Of a DNA stretch of 64,000 nt, positions 25,501-37,844 are shown piece by piece. The notes beneath the pieces are model-generated. The model saw only the letters and a program-made list of their open reading frames with translations. It did no database searches and had not been told where the DNA came from. The stretch's first letter is position 1. Each line of letters opens with the position of its first letter. The stretch is from Lama glama (taxonomy: Eukaryota), in the NCBI GenBank assembly GCA_028534125.1, contig CM052818.1, positions 14,944,001-15,008,000 of the forward strand, in the 5' to 3' direction. The translations under genes and the position numbers were made by a program.

Positions 25501-28384
25501 GAAAAGCAGTCTGAGGTGGCCTGTAATCTGAAATTCAAAGAATAATGACTCAAGATTGCTCACAACTGGCTTTTGGGGAGTAAAGAAAAACTTTCTTGGA
25601 GGTGGTTAATGAAAGTTTTTCTGACAAATAGTTCCTGTCAGCATGGCTTAAGAATATTAATAAATACAAGTTAAGTATGAAAAACTAATCTAGGGGAACA
25701 GTAACTTCCGATTTCCTTGACCAATTATTCCTATTCTCTAATCTACAGGATAACATTTGGAGCTCCGATGGAATTCTTAAATGAGTAAATTAGTTTTAAA
25801 TGCTATTAAAAAACACTGGTGGCAAGCTATAGGACTATAGCTGTGTCCTATTGAGGACACAGCTTTTGGAACCTAACAAAATTCACGGTTTTTGGCTGTA
25901 TTACTAAGTGAATTTAGATAGTAAAGCAGATTTGACTTACTGGGTTTTGGAACTTACTTTGCTGGACTTTTAAGGAAGTTTGATCCTTACTGCATTATAT
26001 ATTTACAAAATGAAAATTATGTTTGTACTTCAGGCAAATATACAGGAAGCTATTTTTTCCTTAAATTCAAGGCAAAGCACAATTTAGTCTTTTGACACAT
26101 ACTGAATAGCAATTTAATAGATTTGAAATACATAATGTAGTTGATGAGATGTTTAGCATTTCATAGTCTCACAAATGTCTTGCATAGTTGATTACGATTT
26201 CCAGAATTTCTCCATGATTTGCTTTTGATGAACTTTTTGTTTCAAATATTAAAAAGTAATAAAATTCTTAAAAGTTTACAAATAAGTATGGATGTAAAAC
26301 ACTACAAGTCCTATATTCTATTTGTTAGTAATTTTGCCTTTCTTCTTTCCATTTTCTAAATTTTGTGATTGTCAGGCCTGCCTTTATTTTTCTTTAGGTA
26401 TTAAAGACTGGAATTCCAGTAGTCCTTAAACTGTAGTTTCTTCTGACTGCAGGTGAGGAGGACATACTCATTCTTCCTAACCACTGTGAAAAAGCATTAG
26501 TGTACTGTGTCACTTCTAACAGAGAAAGCTTGTAGGATACCAGAACAACAGTGACTGGAGCCAAGACTGGTGTAAGTAACCTGTTAACTGCTCACTTTAA
26601 TTCTTACTGGTTATACACCTAATAATGTCTGATCCTGATGCTAATATTTAAAGTGACGGTTCCATTTTCTAAAAGTGATGGAGGTATTAATTTAGTCTAG
26701 GATGATGCAACCTGGTGGAAGTGAAGAGTAACAATGGCATCCCCACCAACTCTTCCACCCACATAACACCCGCTCTCCCCCTCAGGATACTTCATCTTTT
26801 AATCACACAAAACCTGATTTATGAATGTGTGCACCAGTGTCAGTCCACCTATTAAATATTAGTGAAGCTTAATTCCTCTTTCACAGATGGAAAATTGGTA
26901 GAATTTCTAATATTTTCTTCCCGTCACCCACTGGATCATCTCGCCTGCTTGTACAGCCTACTTTGAGACTACTAGCATGTGAAATGAAGCATGCCCTTAG
27001 TATGTAGTAGTCCAAGGTTTCTCTACCACCCCTGCCAAACAACTGAGAAAAAGAAATGGAGAATTGGCTTTTCTTTTAAGCCATGTCACTATGGCAATAT
27101 ATTTTGAAAACTTTTACTTCAACAGCTCATTATCACATAAAACATTCATATATGTATCAAGCTTATTTCTGCCTTCAAATGGAAATGTAAACACTGATAA
27201 TAAGTAAAATCACCCAAAACTAGGAAAAGAGTTTAAAACCACTCTCTGGGATAGCTGATATTTTATTTTCACTTGAAACTCTGATTGCAAATACTATTTA
27301 TTCAAAATTTAAACCTTGATTTTAATTTCCCTGTTTAGGTTGAGTCCTTTTATGTTCGCTCTTCGATGCTACTGGGTCAGTCATTTGGCCTGATTATGTA
27401 CAATGAAGTTTCAGCATTGTCAGAAATCAGGTCAGGCCTTTTTGTTTATCAGACTGACTGAAAAGGCTATTTCACCAGGGACTACACAAAGCTTACTATT
27501 CAGTTTAGCTAAGATAATTTGTTGACCTTTGGTGCTCAAGTCCTTTTAATCAAGGATGTAAGAATATAAACAAGGCCCCATCTAGTGGTATCTTGAAGAA
27601 AAGCAAGTAAAGCTAGAAATAGGGGGGGAAAAAAAGGTCTCCATGTCACAATCTTCCTATAAAGATGAGTTACTAGTTATTTCCTGAAACCCTAATCAGG
27701 AGGGTGAGTGTGTGTGAAACTGTTAAAAGTCAAGTGTCTGAGCCAGCAATTCTCAATTACTGAAGAATTTATTTAAAATACAGAGAGTCACCCAGGAAAC
27801 ATTTAAAATGCAGGTTCTTAGGCTTTGCCCCAAAGAATCTGATTTAGCACCCACCTTAATAGAAACTCCACTGTGAGAAAGACTTCTCCAAGCACACTAG
27901 GCCTGCTATATATAAGAATGGCTGCACAGCAGAGGTAGCAGCAAACTACAGAGATCAGACTTCATGGCCTCTGACAGGGGACCCAAGATTTAGAAGGGCT
28001 ATGGAGATGCCTGGCTCAGCCCTCTGCTCAATGAAGCTGAAGCTGTCAGCCAAAGTAGAAGACTGACTGACTTTCTATTATGACTTCTATTTTTAAGAAT
28101 CTTCTGTGGTAAACTATTTCAGTATAGTTTTTAAGGTATTCCACCCCCTCCTCCCCCATACAACAGAACTTGGCCTAAACAGTCTCAGTGTCTTCTGATG
28201 CTAACCTTTCCGGTCTAACTCCCTCCCCACCTATACTGAGAATCTAAATGTGAAGGTAATTCTTGTTTATTCATTGGTAAAGTAAATATAATTCTATCAC
28301 TTATTAAGGAAATAAATTTCAATGGCTTTGGCCTCTGATCTTATGATGTTAATAGGAGACAAGGGAGGTATTAGGAAATAAACA

Positions 28385-28610
28385 CTTACTAGGAACTTAG
28401 TGTCAAGTACTGGAGCTAGGCTTTTTATAAACAGTAAAAATGAATGCACTGTCATAACCACCTTATGAAGTATACAGTCCCTCTACAAAGAGAAAATGAG
28501 GCTCAAAGTGTTTAACTGCTTTGTCTGTGAATCACACAGCTAGTAAGTTAAAGAGAGTTTCTGGACCTATGTTTGAATTCAAAGCGCATGTTATTTCTAA
28601 ATGTGCTGCT
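28385..28610 (-). mobile_element. MIR SINE
   Basis: acaaagagaaaatgaggctcaaagtgtttaac...tcacacagctagtaagt. Confidence 0.6.
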
Positions 28611-28839
28611 TCCTACTTAAATCTACACACAACCCTCCAATAGCCTACTGTATTAACCTTTTCTCAAACTAAAGTATCTTTGACCAGACTGCTGAAAAGT
28701 AGGAAGAGTAAAGTATTTTACGGCTACTTTTCTGTCCTTATTTAGATAATGTAGGTGCAAAATACAACAGGATGATGCTGTGTGCAACAAGGTAATGGAG
28801 AAAATAAAGAAACTGAATAATCTGCCATTGATTACATGA

Positions 28840-29664
28840 CAACACTGCTTGTAGACATTTTATTCACTTTAAAATAAATATTGTGCTGTAAAACTGAAAT
28901 CTGTAGTATAGAATAGGCAAGTACAAAGGATAGCCAGCACAGTGTGTTTTGTTAGAGTAAACCATTCTAAGCCAGAAGAGAAGAAAAACTGTCTGAGCCA
29001 GGTATATACTTTGGGGGACACAATCATATCAAGGAGAAAGAAACAGATAAAAGTTCTGAAATAATCTATTACAAATAAGAGTTTCTTGAGATTAACAGAG
29101 GAGAAGAAAATGTTTATGTGAGGCTCTGTTATATGCCCAGTTTCTAGTTTAATACCTGGTAGGCAGCAGTTCCTAAATAAAAACTTGTTGAAAGGATTTC
29201 AGGCACTAGAATTTACATATTTAACATGGTCTCTCATTTAAACACCTCCTATTAATTTCTTTCTTTGTTATCTTTTCTTCATTAACTAGCTATATATACT
29301 ATAATTTACATAATAAATCTATTATTTAAAAATTTTCAGTAGGTACAACGATTATGACATTTCATTAGGATGGATTCTAAATTGCTTGGATGCGATTTAT
29401 TTTGGAAGTACATTATCCAAGCAAAGAAAAACACACAATCAGTTCATAAGACACAACAAAAATGAAACAAGTGAGACAATGTCTGCCTTAGAAGTTTATC
29501 AGTAACCTCTTATATACACATATATATTCACAAAGTGGTTGAGAGTCCTTTTATACGATCCTTTAGATGAGGTCCAATGGCTGAGCTCTATAATGAGACA
29601 CATGGTCAGACAGAAATCATCAAGATTCCAATGATCTTTTTTTGCCCCTGAACTTTATTATCCT
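28840..29664 (-). other. ERLEC1: ERLEC1 3'UTR (3' end approximate)
   Basis: Follows the TAA; minus-strand AATAAA at 29654-29659, 29396-29401 and 28859-28864. Confidence 0.55.
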
Positions 29665-29736
29665 TTAGTTGGGGAGAGAAAGAAGTCCATTTTCATCTGC
29701 TGTATCTAAGATTTTACAGATCACTGGAGATTCAAC
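29665..29736 (-). CDS. ERLEC1: ERLEC1 exon 14 (last coding)
   Basis: ttAG|VESPVICKILDTADENGLLSLPN*(TAA). Confidence 0.96.
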   Translation of the reverse strand, partial: VESPVICKILDTADENGLLSLPN

Positions 29737-30019
29737 CTAAAGAATAACAATAATAAGACCATTAAAAAGTTGCTAAGCTGAATACTTTCTTTATTCAGTA
29801 TTAATCTGCTGAATGAATATATGCATTTAAATTGTTAAATGTATACCAGTGCTTGTTCTGGAGAAATAACCAATGTTATTTCTACAAATGAAGCTTTTTG
29901 AAAAACGATTTTTAGTCGTCCATATAAAATGCTAGAAAGGTGGGAAAGATATTTTTATCTTTAAGTAAAAGATGAGAGAGAAAAGGAGTAAAGGACAAGA
30001 ATAAGAGGGCAATACATAG

Positions 30020-31650
30020 CTAGGTCTTATATAACAAAACGTAGCAGATTATGACAAAAAAAATCAGTTGCACAGTTCAAGAAAGAGGCAAAGAAAAATA
30101 TAACCCAAAGATGGGCCTGGTTTTGAAATTATCAAATTTAAGATAATTACAATAAATATGATGTAAAAAATGGTAAAAAGGCAGACAACATGTGTGAACA
30201 GATGGAGAATTTCATCAGAGAAAATAAAATCATAAAAAAAACTGAATGAAAATGTTAGAAATGAAAGATATATCAGAGATAAATTCACTCAGAGTGGTAG
30301 AAGGGACACAGCAGAGGAAAGAATCAATGAACTTTAAGACAATTAAATAGAAATGAAATGACCCAAATTGAAACAAAGAAAAAAGTAAGAATAAAATAAA
30401 GGATATATGAGATTTGGGAATAACTTCAAACTAACATATTTAAACTGAGTCCCAGAAATAGAAAAAAAGTGGGGCAAAATAAATTTTTGAAAAGATGATG
30501 GCCAAAATTTTTCCAAAACTGATGAATTGTATCTACCCACAAATCCAAGAATTTCAATGAACTCCAGCCAGGATAAATATAAAGAAAATCACCCTTGAGT
30601 ATCACATAATCAAAAGTAGACCTACAGAGCTTCTAGAAGGAAATAAGAGGATTAAAATCTTCATGATTCTGGGGTGGCAAAATTTCTTAGTACAAAAAAA
30701 GCATTAAGCAAAAAAAGGGAAAAAATTTATAAAACGCCCTTCATCAGATAAACATTTGCTTATCAAAAGACATTATGAAAACAAATAGTCAAGCCACAGA
30801 TTGGGGGAAAACGTACAATAAAAATACAAAGAACTCATGTCCAGAATATATTTGAACTCCTAGAAATAAATAATAAGAAGACAAACAACAACAATGGGTA
30901 AAAGACTGAGAAAGACTCTCCTTGACCAAACCATAGTAAGGCTACCCTGAACCTTCTTTTTGACTAGGTCTCTCTTGGTTCATGCACATGCTGAGTCCAG
31001 TTATAGCAAGAATTCTGGTTAAGTCAGTTTAGAGAGAAATCATTCAGTATCTAATCACTGTCCATATCTGATCAAATTCCTCTAGTCTCATCTTTGATAT
31101 CTGATCATCCTGGCCTGCCTTCAGCAATAATCCTGTTACGTCAGTTTACCAAGAATCCCCTACCCTTGATGTCTCCTTTTATTAGTTTTTAATTTTCCAT
31201 CCACTGACCACATCCAACCTCCCATTCTGCTTGTTGGCTACACATTCTTGCTGTCTTTTCTATATCTGGAGATGAGCTGGATCTCTATCCTTTTGTGATA
31301 GTCTTGACACCTGTGGCAATAGTCCTGAATAAAGTCTTCCTTACTGGTTTTGTAAGTGTCAGAATAGTTTTTTCTTTAAAGAGACTTAGCTAGATACTTC
31401 ACCAAAAAAGATACATGAATGAATAATCACATGAAAAGGTGCTCAACACCATTTTTTCATATGGGAAATGCAAATTAAAACCACTAAAATGGCTAAAATA
31501 AAAAAGACTGACAGCACCAAACGTTGGTAAGGATGTGGAGCAACTGAATGCTCATACATCGCTGGTAGGAGTCAAATGATGACAACACATGCTAAATCAG
31601 AGAGGCCAGGCATAAAAAACTATATACTATATGATTCCATTCATAAGGAA
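30020..31650 (+). mobile_element. Ancient L1M fragment (ORF1- and ORF2-derived) in ERLEC1 intron 13, split by an LTR
   Basis: gatggccaaaatttttccaaaactgatg; aatgggtaaaagac|...tagatacttcaccaaaaaagatac; gttggtaaggatgtggagcaactgaa. Confidence 0.7.
30907..31381 (+). mobile_element. Solo ERV1-type LTR (MER31-like)
   Basis: Begins TGAGAAAGACTCTCCTTGACCAAAC, contains AATAAAGTCTTCCTTAC, flanked by AGAC/AGAC 4-bp duplication inside an L1. Confidence 0.7.
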
Positions 31651-31686
31651 TCAAAAGAAAAAAAGGGTAAAACTGATTTATGGTAT

Positions 31687-31817
31687 GGCGGAAGGTATAG
31701 CTCAAGTGGTAGAGCGTGTGCTTAACATACACAAGGTCCTGGGTTCAATCCCCAGTACCTCCTCTAAAAATAAGTAAGTAAACCTAATTACCCCCTCCCC
31801 CACTGCCAAAAAAAAAG
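31687..31817 (+). mobile_element. Vic-1-like tRNA-derived SINE
   Basis: GGTATAGCTCAAGTGGTAGAGCGTGTGCTTAACATACACAAGGTCCTGGGTTCAATCCCCAGTACCTCC...TAAACCTAATTACCCCC + A tail. Confidence 0.88.
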
Positions 31818-32010
31818 AATTAAACTCAACTCAATACTTAAGAACTCTGCATTTTATTTTATGTAAATTACCTCAATAAAAAAAAACATGTCAATTTTTA
31901 TAGAGGTAATATGAGGGTTACATTAAATTTGGAGACTACTTTATAGACTCAATGCTAAAAATTAAAATGTGGCCCCAAGATGAATTTCTGAGTATTAGTT
32001 TTTTACTTAC

Positions 32011-32086
32011 CCCAAGGATATACTGACAAGAATGAGGCTCTAGCATATATACAGTAACAGCATGAGGAGAATCTGATTCTTTACAC
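32011..32086 (-). CDS. ERLEC1: ERLEC1 exon 13 (76 nt)
   Basis: (K)[29 protein letters not shown] boundaries. Confidence 0.95.
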
Positions 32087-32453
32087 CTAAAACAGAGAGT
32101 ACTTTAAGGCACTGCCCAAACCATACAAAATTATTTTAAACTATTTTCCTCTCAAGGATTAAAAATGACTGTGCATGGTTCTGTATAATTTAACAAATAA
32201 CTGAAATAATATAATTTGATAATTATTATAAATAACTTATAAACAAACTATTAAAATCATTTTAATATTTTAGTATAAATGATAATTTTATAATAAACCC
32301 ATAAATTATTATAAATACTGTATATTTTATAATTATATCTTATTTTATATAAACTTTTCCCCTTAGGAAAATTATATTTTATATTTATAAAAACTTTTCC
32401 CCATAGGAAGCACACTAAAGAGAAAGGCATAAAGCACAATTTGATGGTCTTAC

Positions 32454-32531
32454 TTTAGTTTTACAGTCACTTGTCTTGGTTTGTCAGTTATATCACAGAT
32501 ATCTCCATTCCCATAAAAATGTGATACCATC
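32454..32531 (-). CDS. ERLEC1: ERLEC1 exon 12 (78 nt)
   Basis: (R)MVSHFYGNGDICDITDKPRQVTVKL(K); AG/GT boundaries. Confidence 0.95.
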
Positions 32532-32639
32532 CTGAATCAGAAAAACACACACATTTTATTAGACTAAAACTTCACTAATTCAGAGTAATTATAATGGGTA
32601 GGGAGAGAAGATAGTCAGAGGAATCAGTTTTGCATTAGT

Positions 32640-32746
32640 TAAAAAAAAACTGAATACATGTATATATATGCATGACTGGGACATTCTGCTATATACCAGA
32701 AACTGATAATTATAACATTATAACTGACTGTACTTCAATTAAAAAA
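32640..32746 (+). mobile_element. Short L1 3' end
   Basis: atgtatatatatgcatgactgggacattctgctatataccagaaactga...ataactgactgtacttcaattaaaaaa. Confidence 0.65.
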
Positions 32747-33694
32747 TTAATAGAAATCTGACTATAAAATATTCCTTAAAAATACATATTCTTAAGGTTA
32801 TACTACAGAGAAAGCTTTTCAGCTTTCTATAAAGAGAATATAAAATTGAGATATGAATTAATTAATAAGAATGATCTTCAACTTGCATATTACTTATTTA
32901 TATACAAATAGTAAAGGTTAAACTGCTTTTTAAAAAGTTTTCTCTTAAAGTCAACCATTTCCCCAGCCCTGAATTTTGTTTGCTTTTTTGTGTGCTTCTT
33001 CCCATCCTCCATCTAGCTCCACTCATTAAAATACTGTAATGCAAGCTGTAATGGCAAAGCCTAGGCTAAGTCATACGTTTCAAATGAGCAGGGTGCAAAG
33101 GTTTAATTTTGTTAGCCTCACAGTTCTGTGCTTCAGTATTTGTTGCACATGATACCATGAGATATTTTCACTTGAAACATAAACATAAGACATATCCATC
33201 TGTTTAGTATATTCTAATATTTAAATGCCCATCTCTTAGTTTTGCTACTTTTGATTTTGGTCAGTCCAAGAAGTCAGCACATTCTGAAAACAGTTTCTCT
33301 CAATACCATATGTGCTAGGAAGGACAAAGTTAACATCTGAGATGGAAAAAGAATGAATAATTTAAAATTCAGTGGGTAATAGACTATAGGAAAAGCTAAA
33401 GCTTAGTTATCCTTGGGACAGGAGATTAATTTACTTCTGTTATAACAACATATACCATATAGCCCAAAACAGATGTGATTAAGTTTTTCAAAAAGCCAAT
33501 GTTTAACTATTTTCGACCATTACTTCACAAAGGTTAAGTAACAAAGGGAAATGCTGGAGTATATTTAAAAAGAATTAAGTAACTTACAAAGGTGAAGATT
33601 ACACATGAAGGGGGAAAATGCTCTGTAACAACCTTTTAGAACTAATACCAGAAGTTGCACCATAGTAACACCACCACTATTAAGGGCGGCAGCC

Positions 33695-33900
33695 AAAGTT
33701 TATTGCATGCTATTGCCAAGCACTATGCTTTACACGAATCACCTCATTTAAATGTCACAACAATTCTCTGAGGCAAATACTCCTAGACCAGAAGAGTGAG
33801 GCTTATGAAGATTATGTATTTTGCCTAAAGTAGTAAGTGAAGTGCCAGTATTTAATTCAGGGTATACGACTTCAGAGACTGTGCTCTTACTATTACACTA
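33695..33900 (-). mobile_element. MIR SINE
   Basis: tgccaagcactatgctttacacgaatcacctcatttaaatgtcacaacaattctctgagg. Confidence 0.65.
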
Positions 33901-34048
33901 CGTTGTTTCCCCTGAAAAAGAAAGTAGACCTAAAAAATGTCCCTGAAAAAAAGTGACTAGAGATTTTACTTTAGATTTATGTTTTTCAATATGCTGAGTT
34001 TTAAATATTCTACTAATCAGATTCAACGGCAAATGAAGTTAATCTCAC

Positions 34049-34173
34049 CTGACTGTCTGGGTACCATCGTCTTGAAGGTGATAGGCTCTAGCAGTGTTCT
34101 TCTTAGCCCACTCTATGTGCTCTTCTTGGTTCCATGTCCCCACAACCACAGAGGTTTTCCCACTATCCTTGTC
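34049..34173 (-). CDS. ERLEC1: ERLEC1 exon 11 (125 nt)
   Basis: [41 protein letters not shown](R); AG/GT boundaries. Confidence 0.95.
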
Positions 34174-34409
34174 CTAAAATGTGAAAAATATTTGTCATAA
34201 TACACGCTTGACATCATCAAGTAGACATTTATGCTGACAGCCTATAAGCTCTAGTCCTTACCTTCATCTGCACACAGGATATCTATGTTTAGATGTAATA
34301 ACGTTCATCAAACTTGATGAGTAGAAATTTGAGTTCATTATTCTTTACTTGGTGTTTCTCTGAATTATGAAACCAGTACTTTCTAGTCTGGCTAAGTCTA
34401 GATGTAGTT

Positions 34410-34626
34410 TTATTTTTCTTTTTGTATATATACATTTTTACTGAAGTATAGTCAATTTACAATGTTGTGTCAATTTCTAGTATACAGCATGCTTTAGTCA
34501 TACATGAACATACATATATTCATTTTCGTATTCTTTTTCACCATAAATTACTTCAAGATATTGAATATAGTTCCCTTTGCTATACAGTATGAACTTGTTG
34601 TTTATCTATTTCATATATATTAGTCA
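34410..34626 (-). mobile_element. 5'-truncated L1 3'UTR with TSD
   Basis: tttactgaagtatagtcaatttacaatgttgtgtcaatttc...; flanked by AGATGTAGTT on both sides. Confidence 0.8.
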
Positions 34627-35214
34627 GATGTAGTTATTTTTGACTTTTATTTCTTCCCTCTCTTACATCTGTCAGTCCTGTCAATTTTTCTCCTGGAGAT
34701 GTTCTTTCTTTTTTTTTTTCTGGAGATGTTCTTGACTTCAGGCTCATCTTCCACATGTCCACTGTCAACATCTCACCCCCACCTAACAGTTTAATTTCTA
34801 ATACTTAAATATTATGACCACATATTACTGTGATTCTTAACGAAATCTCTGGCCTCTACTTGATAAAATGCTTATTTCTGTATCAAGACTTTCTGTTCAG
34901 AAACCCACTTTCCCATTATGCTTTTATTATTTCTTAAACACTATCTATATACTGTACTATATGTGCCTTCTCTCTCCTTTATTTTCCTTCCCTTCTGTCT
35001 TTCCTTTCCTTCTTCATATTTTGCCAGGGACCATGTTAATCAGTAGAATTAAAACCCCTTACAGTGGCCAAGGACACAGGCACAGCCACTGCTGAAGTGG
35101 AGCTTACTGCCGAGTGGCAGAGAGAGCCATTAACCATTCTTTTAGCAACTATGTTGTAAATTCCTAGATAGACCAGGATTAGAGCTGCATCGTGAATAAA
35201 TTAAAGAGGTTGGA

Positions 35215-35430
35215 CAGCGAGCAAGGCTGCCTGGGGTTTGACTTCTAGTTTCACCATTTACTACCTATTTGACTTTAGGCAAATCTTTGCTTTAGTCTCC
35301 TCATTTTGGAATAACAATACTCATCTCTTAGTGTTGTTATGAGCATTAAATGAGTTAATAATTGTAAAGTACTTAGAATAGTGCCTGGTATACACTGAGC
35401 ACTATATTTGTTAGTTACTATTATTATTCT
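35215..35430 (+). mobile_element. MIR SINE
   Basis: ctgcctggggtttgacttctag...gcattaaatgagttaataattgtaaagtacttagaatagtgcctgg. Confidence 0.75.
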
Positions 35431-35494
35431 ATCTCCCAAAGCTCCTAGCAGAGTTCCTCAAAAAGTTCTAGGTTATATAATCTTGGCCAAAATA

Positions 35495-35900
35495 AGTATG
35501 ATAAAACCTAATGTTGGGCAAGTGTATGGGAGAACAACCATTGTTAATGGGAATGTAAACTGGTTCAACCCTTGGGAAGGCAACTGTTCAGTATGCATAT
35601 ATTTTGACCTGGCAAATACATTACTAGAAATGTGCCCTATGAATATACTTGCAAAACTTCATGAACACAACTATTTAAGAAATGCTCACTAAGATGCTAC
35701 CACAGCAAAAACTGGAAAAAACTTAAAGGTTCATCAACAGAGGTCTGGCTAAATACACTGTAGGTATAGGAACAATTTTCTGTACCTGCTGAAAAAATTA
35801 AGATCAGTTGTTGCTGACATGGAAAGATCTCCAACATACTAGGTGATAAGAACAAGCGCAGAACAGTGCATTTAGTATATCCCTTCTGCATTAATATAAA
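35495..35900 (+). mobile_element. Ancient L1ME-like fragment
   Basis: ttgttaatgggaatgtaaactggttcaacccttgggaaggcaact...acagcaaaaactggaaaaaacttaaaggttcatcaacag. Confidence 0.6.
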
Positions 35901-37010
35901 AAGGTTTTAATAACACTTACACATACGCATTTTTCCCCTTGTGGTGGGTTAACTAAGAAAATGTTAACAGCTGTTACTTTTGAAAAATGGGCCAATGGTG
36001 GAGGAGAATTTTACTTTTCATTCTGAATTTCTGGCATATATTTCTTTAGTTAAAAAAAAGCCACTGGGTATTATCTGGGCTGTACTCAGATGATACTTTA
36101 CCTTTTTTTGTATCAGTAAGTGTTATTAAAAATAAATAAAACATATACAAAGCAGCAAGAATGGAAAGAATAGTGAAATGGAACATCTCAGGTTTAAATG
36201 AAGAAAAGAATGTCCTAGTTTACAGATGCCTCATAACTTTGAAGTGATTTAAATGTGGAAAATGAGCTGATTTTTCCTGGTATGATCCATCTTGAAATTT
36301 AAGACTGGCTCAAAACATCTCAAGAGGGCAAATACAATATTTTCTAATTACCAGTTGTTACTTATTTTGGGGAATAAAAAGAGCCTTTTAAAACAGCCAA
36401 GTCAATATTTATTAATGTTTGTTTTCAATGTCTAGTAGTTTACCTTACCAAAGTACAACAACGGCAAATAAAATTACTGGGGCTTGAATTTTAGAATTTA
36501 AGCAGCTTGCCTCAAGGGTGGGAGAATAGAGATTTATGAAATTATAAATAAAACAATAAAAAGCCAGTATGTGTAATCTTAAAACTTCAAAGATATAGTA
36601 CCTTCTTTAGTGGAGAAACTTGCTGTATTTACCCTATTTTTATTAACTTGAGTGGTAATGTACTATCTTATCACTCACTCTCTTACTTTGAAGATGAATT
36701 ATAACAATGACATTATTTGGTCAACTAAAGAGGTTAGTCACAGTAGCTTATTATTCCTCCAGGCCGACAATAATACACGAATCTGAGTAGTTAATAAACA
36801 ATGTTACTATAAGATGACTGACTTAGTCTTAAATAACACCAAGCTTTCCATTTGCCAGAATTTAGAGACACTTTGGTGAGTATTACCATATTAAAATCAT
36901 CTCATAATTAAAAATAACACCAACTCCTGCCCCTTCTTTTTTTTTTCCACGAAAGATTTTTGAGACTTTAATCCATCTAGTGGTAGAACAATATAAATGT
37001 TGTTCTATAC

Positions 37011-37070
37011 CTCATGGTACTGATGTACATGTTTGCCATAGCAGAATTCATATTTCCACCAACCAACACC
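37011..37070 (-). CDS. ERLEC1: ERLEC1 exon 10 (60 nt)
   Basis: GVGWWKYEFCYGKHVHQYHE (MRH domain 2 motif); AG/GT boundaries. Confidence 0.96.
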
Positions 37071-37682
37071 CTACAGGAAAGAAAACAGATCAAGTTACGG
37101 TACAGAGAAAGGGAAACTGGGGCCTGTCTCAATACTGCCACATGATAGGGATGGACATATTTATAATTAAAAAAAAACTGTATTAGCAGTAATATAGTTG
37201 AAAATTAAAATTAAAAATTACTAAGAAACTTAAAAAAATAGACATGCAGAGAATAACTGCTGTATTGCCTCAGTAAAATAAAATAAAATGAAAATTCCCC
37301 TTTAAGTATGTTTCCCACTAGAGCAATCAGTCAGGGGCAAAATTTTACCTTTGTAGATGTTAACTCAAGTTTTAAAGCTACATAATCAAAATGCAGGCTA
37401 TATACAATCATTGATGCCTACTCCAGCAATCAGCCAGAATCACAAATGACTTATATATATATATTTTTTTGTCAAGTTTTAGCTTGTGAGTAAAGAGAAT
37501 ATAATGGCTATGCATTACATTATAGTAAGATGCAGAGAGAAATTGGCCATGGGGAGGCTTCCAGAATCCTGCCATTTCTCTAGAGACAAAATTCTTTTTC
37601 AGTGTCGCTAATGCCCCTTGACTAAATAATACACCGGTGAAAATTTTAAGATAAATGTTTAAACTGAAGGTTCACTTCTCAC

Positions 37683-37844
37683 CCCATGGAAGCAGTAGGA
37701 ACCACTAAGGAACTCTTTTATGAGTTGGTCATCTGTCAATTTGGATATGTGGGTTGTTCCAACAGTGAGCATTGGCTGCGAACCAACAGCAATAGGTTTG
37801 TGGATTGCTGGAAATCTCTCTTCCTTAGTTGATTGCAAATCTTC
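37683..37844 (-). CDS. ERLEC1: ERLEC1 exon 9 (162 nt, phase 0-0)
   Basis: [54 protein letters not shown]. Confidence 0.95.

Noticed and set aside
25145..27431. Possible cryptic plus-strand exons (25145-25257, 26398-26452, 27339-27430)
   Set aside because: Splice-like motifs occur by chance; weak acceptor or stops in all frames for some, and no recognisable protein
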